Source: Nitrospinales bacterium (GTDB lineage: Bacteria; Nitrospinota; Nitrospinia; Nitrospinales; VA-1). From it: a stretch of DNA of 64,000 nucleotides. The translations under genes and the position numbers were made by a program. Under the pieces are notes generated by a model. That model ran no database searches. It saw only the letters and a list, made by a program, of their open reading frames with translations, and was not told the DNA's origin. Shown piece after piece: positions 60,384 to 64,000 of this stretch (the stretch's first letter is position 1; each line of letters begins with the position of its first letter). The stretch lies in the NCBI GenBank assembly GCA_965223345.1, contig CBDCWG010000012.1:800001-864000 (forward strand), read 5' to 3'.

Positions 60384-60635
60384 TCAACGGTAAGGCATTT
60401 CGTTGCCGCTCAATTGCCGGGTGATTTCCTGTTCGAACAGGTTTTCCTTGCGCACGAACTCCTCGAATTCCCTTGGACTTTTGAATTCGAAACTGCGCGG
60501 TTCTTTCTGACCGCAGATTTCCTCGTCCTGCTCGACGGTCAAAACATTGTTTTCTACGGCCTTGATGACGAATTTTTTGCGGGTATTGAGTTTTGCAAAA
60601 ATTTCCCGATAAACAGGTTCCAGGTTCAATGCCAT
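60384..60635 (-). CDS. Hypothetical protein (83 aa)
   Basis: GGAG RBS upstream of the ATG; plausible composition; no motif recognised. Confidence 0.6.
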   Translation of the reverse strand: MALNLEPVYREIFAKLNTRKKFVIKAVENNVLTVEQDEEICGQKEPRSFEFKSPREFEEFVRKENLFEQEITRQLSGNEMPYR

Positions 60636-60975
60636 GATGGTTCTCCGAGCGATGGTGCGAATGGCGTCTGATTTATTCGAATGAATGCAAAAATTATATA
60701 ATCCGGTTCTCTCAAAATCAAATTATTTGCCTCTCAGGAAAATAGGCAGAATTTGCGAGTAAAAATAGTTAACACTTCTCGAAATGTATGCTAATCTACA
60801 CGCGAAATTTTGGAAGAGGGCAACGACCCTCATCCTACCACATTCTCGCGCTTGGGGCCCCTCCGATTGCGGGTCCCGCGAACCAAACCCAGGACCATTT
60901 CCCCGCCGGGACCGACACGCACAGCTCGTTTTCAACCCGAAATTTTAACCGCTCCCGCCTTTCACTCAATTTCCC

Positions 60976-62424
60976 ATGTCTCACAGACAAACCCTGCAGA
61001 CTTTGATCGACGATTTGATCCGGGAATCCCGCACGCCGTTCACGGCCGAGGATCTGGAACAAAGAATCCAGCAACGCTGGCGCCGCAAGATCTCCGAATC
61101 CACGCTGGCGCAGTTGAAGGGGAAACTCTCGGATCACCACTACATCGTGGGAACCGATTCGGACGATTTTCTGCCCTATCAGGCGGTGCTCAACAAGATC
61201 GGACACATCCCCTTGCAGGTGGATCTGGGCAAGTTCGAGTTGCAGCAGCGGATTTTCATCCCCGGACACCGGCTGATTCCTTTTCTTTCCAACGACCGCA
61301 AGGAAGCGGATTTGACGTTCCTCGATGCGGACGGCCGGGAAATCCCGCGGCAGAAACGGAGTTTCTGTATCGAAGAGGTCATGCATTTCTACCAGTATGC
61401 GGGCGAGCGGCATTTCCCCGGAGACATCGACGTCAACGAATGGATGCCGGGCAAAAGTTCGGTGTTGACCTCGGTGTGGGACATGACGGCGTTTTTCAAA
61501 ACACACCGCAGCCTGGTGGGCGATGCGCTGCGCATCCGGCTGGTCGATTTCGATCAGGGGGTGTTTCAGATCCTGCCCTGTCCGAGAAACGAAGTCCGCG
61601 CCGGTCTTTTGCTCAGCCGGCGGCTGCATGTGGCGCTGGAGAGCATCCTTTCGCAATTGTGCCAGCGGGAGGACTTCGCCTCCGCTTCCCTGCAGAAGCA
61701 GATCATGCGGACTCTGTTTTCCCTGGAAGAAGAGGCGCTCAACGTTCCCGCTTTTTCACTGACGGATTTTCTCGAATCGCTCAAAGAGCTCACGGCGGTG
61801 AGTTCGGAAGGCGGCCAGGTGCAGCTGATTCCGACCTGGAAATCCGAGCCGGTGGGGTTCGTGCGCGAAGACGCCGACCGGGTTCCGAAAGGAGAGAAGG
61901 GATCGCTGGAAGAAATTTTCCAGGATCTGGGACTCGCCTTTCACGAGTGGGAATTCATCGCCATCCTGTACACCGTGATGGCTTCCGACAAATTCAAGAT
62001 CGAGCTGGTGTTCAATCTGCTGTTCGGCGGCCAGGGCAAGCTGTTTCAGGACCGCAAGCAGCACGATGCGTTTTACCAGCGTTTGCGCAAACTGCTCTAT
62101 AAAATCTGCGAAGACCTCAAACAGCCCGAATCCCGGCTGGTGGCCGAACTGCGCGACAAGTGCGTGGAGGTCAAGCTGAGTCTGATCGGCATCCTGCGCT
62201 TTCTCGAGGAAAACGAGGTGGGTCTCGAAGATCTGCCGGCGGAAACCCTGAACCCGATCATCGATCTGGATTATTTTTGTACCGAGACATTGCGACGCTT
62301 CGCGGACCGGTCTGCCCCCCAGGACCTGAAATTCATCCGCGATGTCCGACTGGCCCTGAAAATCGTGCTTCCCCATCTGGACCATCTTGAAGAAGAGGTC
62401 TATTTTCGCCTGGGGATTTTCTAA
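60976..62424 (+). CDS. Hypothetical protein (482 aa)
   Basis: Long ORF with native codon style; no family recognised. Confidence 0.75.
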   Translation: MSHRQTLQTLIDDLIRESRTPFTAEDLEQRIQQRWRRKISESTLAQLKGKLSDHHYIVGTDSDDFLPYQAVLNKIGHIPLQVDLGKFELQQRIFIPGHRLIPFLSNDRKEADLTFLDADGREIPRQKRSFCIEEVMHFYQYAGERHFPGDIDVNEWMPGKSSVLTSVWDMTAFFKTHRSLVGDALRIRLVDFDQGVFQILPCPRNEVRAGLLLSRRLHVALESILSQLCQREDFASASLQKQIMRTLFSLEEEALNVPAFSLTDFLESLKELTAVSSEGGQVQLIPTWKSEPVGFVREDADRVPKGEKGSLEEIFQDLGLAFHEWEFIAILYTVMASDKFKIELVFNLLFGGQGKLFQDRKQHDAFYQRLRKLLYKICEDLKQPESRLVAELRDKCVEVKLSLIGILRFLEENEVGLEDLPAETLNPIIDLDYFCTETLRRFADRSAPQDLKFIRDVRLALKIVLPHLDHLEEEVYFRLGIF

Positions 62425-62698
62425 TACGAAGGTCGGTTCCAAATGCGGAACGGTTTGCCCTTCCGCCCCATCATCCTGATCCCTGACTTCTCTTAAGAAA
62501 GGGGTTTTTCACGATCCAGGCAGGACCTCAACGCGGGGGAACCCTTCCTCCCCGGTCCGCCAAAGCTTTTTCTTGCGAAAAAAAATACGAACTCCGGCCT
62601 GCAACTGAGAGCGAGGGACCGCAACTCCTCCAGTGGCCCCTCGGAAAGGTCGCTTTGCTCGTTCGAGCGGAGGCTTTTTGCCGAAAGCCCGGAGACGT

Positions 62699-64000
62699 TC
62701 ACCCGTTCCGTGGCGTCCCGGTGGCGAAGCCTTTCAGTGAATGGCCGGAAACCGATTCCACCGCCACGCGGACCCGGTCTCCAGGACGGATGGTTTCCGG
62801 GTCGCCGCGAAAATGCACGTTCCAGTACTGCGGGTTCCTTCCCTTCCAGTTGGCGCCGGGTCGTCGCGTTTCTCCTTCCACCAGCACGTCCACCTCTTCA
62901 CCGATGTAGCGTTTGCCCAGCTTGAGCGTGAGCGCGTCCTGCAAAGCCAGGGTGCGTTGCAGCCTGTCCTTTTTAACTTCTTCGGGGACGTTGTCGGGAA
63001 ACGCCGCCGCCGGGGTGCCCGGCCGCGGGCTGTAGCAGAACATGAAGCTGCTGGAAAATTCGGCGCGCTCCATCATGACCAGGGTGTCTTCAAACTCCCG
63101 ATCGGTTTCTCCCGGAAAACCCACGATGATGTCCGTCGAAAGCGCGATGTCCGGCACCGCCGCCCGCAACGCTGCCACGAGATCCAGATATTCCTCGACC
63201 GTGTTGCCGCGGCGCATGGCCTGAAGGACCCGGTTGTTGCCGCTCTGGGCGGGCAGATGCAGGTGGTTCATCAGGATATCGATGTCGCGGTAAGCGTCGA
63301 TCAGCTCGGGCGTGAAATCCCTCGGGTAACTGGTCGTGAAGCGCAGCCGTTCCAGGCCGGGAATTTCCGCGATGCGGTACAGCAGCTCGTGGAACGCCAC
63401 GGGCGTGTCCAGGCCGCGTTTGCCGTAGGCGTTGACGTTCTGTCCGAGCAGGACGACCTCCCTGGCCCCCTTCTCCACCCATTGACGGACTTCCTGTAAA
63501 ATTTCATCCGCTTCCCGCGATTTTTCCCGGCCGCGCGTGAACGGCACCACGCAGAAGGTGCAAAACTTGTCGCAGCCTTTGATGATGTTTACGAACGCGC
63601 TCGGACTCGCCGCTTTTCCAGCCGGGTCGCGCACCTCGGGAATGTTGTAGTTTTTTTTCTTGTCGAACTCCGTCCAGACCAGGGGGCCGCGGTTTGCGCG
63701 TGCCCAGTCCACCGCCTGCGGAATGTCCTCGATGTGGTCGGGCCCGAGGATGAAATCCAGATAGGGAATGCGCTTGACCAGACGCTCCCCCTCCTGCTGG
63801 GCCAGGCAGCCGGTGAGCCCGAAAACCAGGTCCGGATTGGCCTGCTTGAGCGGTTTCATGTTTCCGAACAGGGAAAAGATCTTTTGCTCGGCCTTGTCGC
63901 GGATCGAGCAGGTGTTGACCAGGATGAGGTCGGCGTTCTCCTTGTCCAGGGTCCTCGCGTAGCCGGAATGAAACAGCAAAAGCTCCATCCGGTCCGAATC
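62699..64000 (-). CDS. miaB: tRNA-2-methylthio-N6-dimethylallyladenosine synthase, 5'-truncated by the window edge
   Basis: NTCSIRDKAEQK, GCLAQ, GCDKFCTFCVVP, LLGQNVNAY, STDIIVGFPGET, YSPRPGT, C-terminal TRAM domain. Confidence 0.95.
   Translation of the reverse strand, partial: DSDRMELLLFHSGYARTLDKENADLILVNTCSIRDKAEQKIFSLFGNMKPLKQANPDLVFGLTGCLAQQEGERLVKRIPYLDFILGPDHIEDIPQAVDWARANRGPLVWTEFDKKKNYNIPEVRDPAGKAASPSAFVNIIKGCDKFCTFCVVPFTRGREKSREADEILQEVRQWVEKGAREVVLLGQNVNAYGKRGLDTPVAFHELLYRIAEIPGLERLRFTTSYPRDFTPELIDAYRDIDILMNHLHLPAQSGNNRVLQAMRRGNTVEEYLDLVAALRAAVPDIALSTDIIVGFPGETDREFEDTLVMMERAEFSSSFMFCYSPRPGTPAAAFPDNVPEEVKKDRLQRTLALQDALTLKLGKRYIGEEVDVLVEGETRRPGANWKGRNPQYWNVHFRGDPETIRPGDRVRVAVESVSGHSLKGFATGTPRNG

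Overview
A GC-rich bacterial chromosome segment made mostly of housekeeping genes. Gene content and style resemble a marine Gram-negative such as Nitrospinota; that assignment is my inference and is unverified. Recognisable genes are ispE-tRNA-Gln-prs-rplY-pth-hppA, mqnA, hisIG, rluA/dus/trmH-family RNA modifiers, tatB, ribF, tRNA-Leu, mnmG, apt, yacG, exeAB-like, glyQ/glyS-ppdK, flaG, an MsbA-like exporter, GH57, nagZ, fabF-like and miaB. I saw no integrase, transposase, prophage structural gene, rRNA or CRISPR array. The strongest candidate for an undescribed system lies just after tRNA-Leu (20.7-27.8 kb). It combines a fused myo-inositol-1-phosphate synthase/inositol-phosphate cytidylyltransferase, a divergent CDP-alcohol phosphotransferase with a degenerate N-terminal nucleotidyltransferase domain, an LPG-synthase-type flippase domain protein, a GT4 glycosyltransferase and a radical SAM enzyme. 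Together these suggest a CDP-inositol route to a decorated inositol phospholipid or a DIP-like solute. Next to it, in an AT-rich islet, is a small secreted protein with three SWYVTEDxLP cores and its own promoter. Other oddities: an HPD-less J-domain fused to ExeA, a membrane-anchored STAND/TPR gene splitting glyQ from glyS, a tandem promoter+5' duplication of tatB, a tail-to-tail DUF2231 pair, and a hyper-acidic membrane protein with 309-bp tandem repeats. All calls come from motif recognition by eye; no database searches were run.
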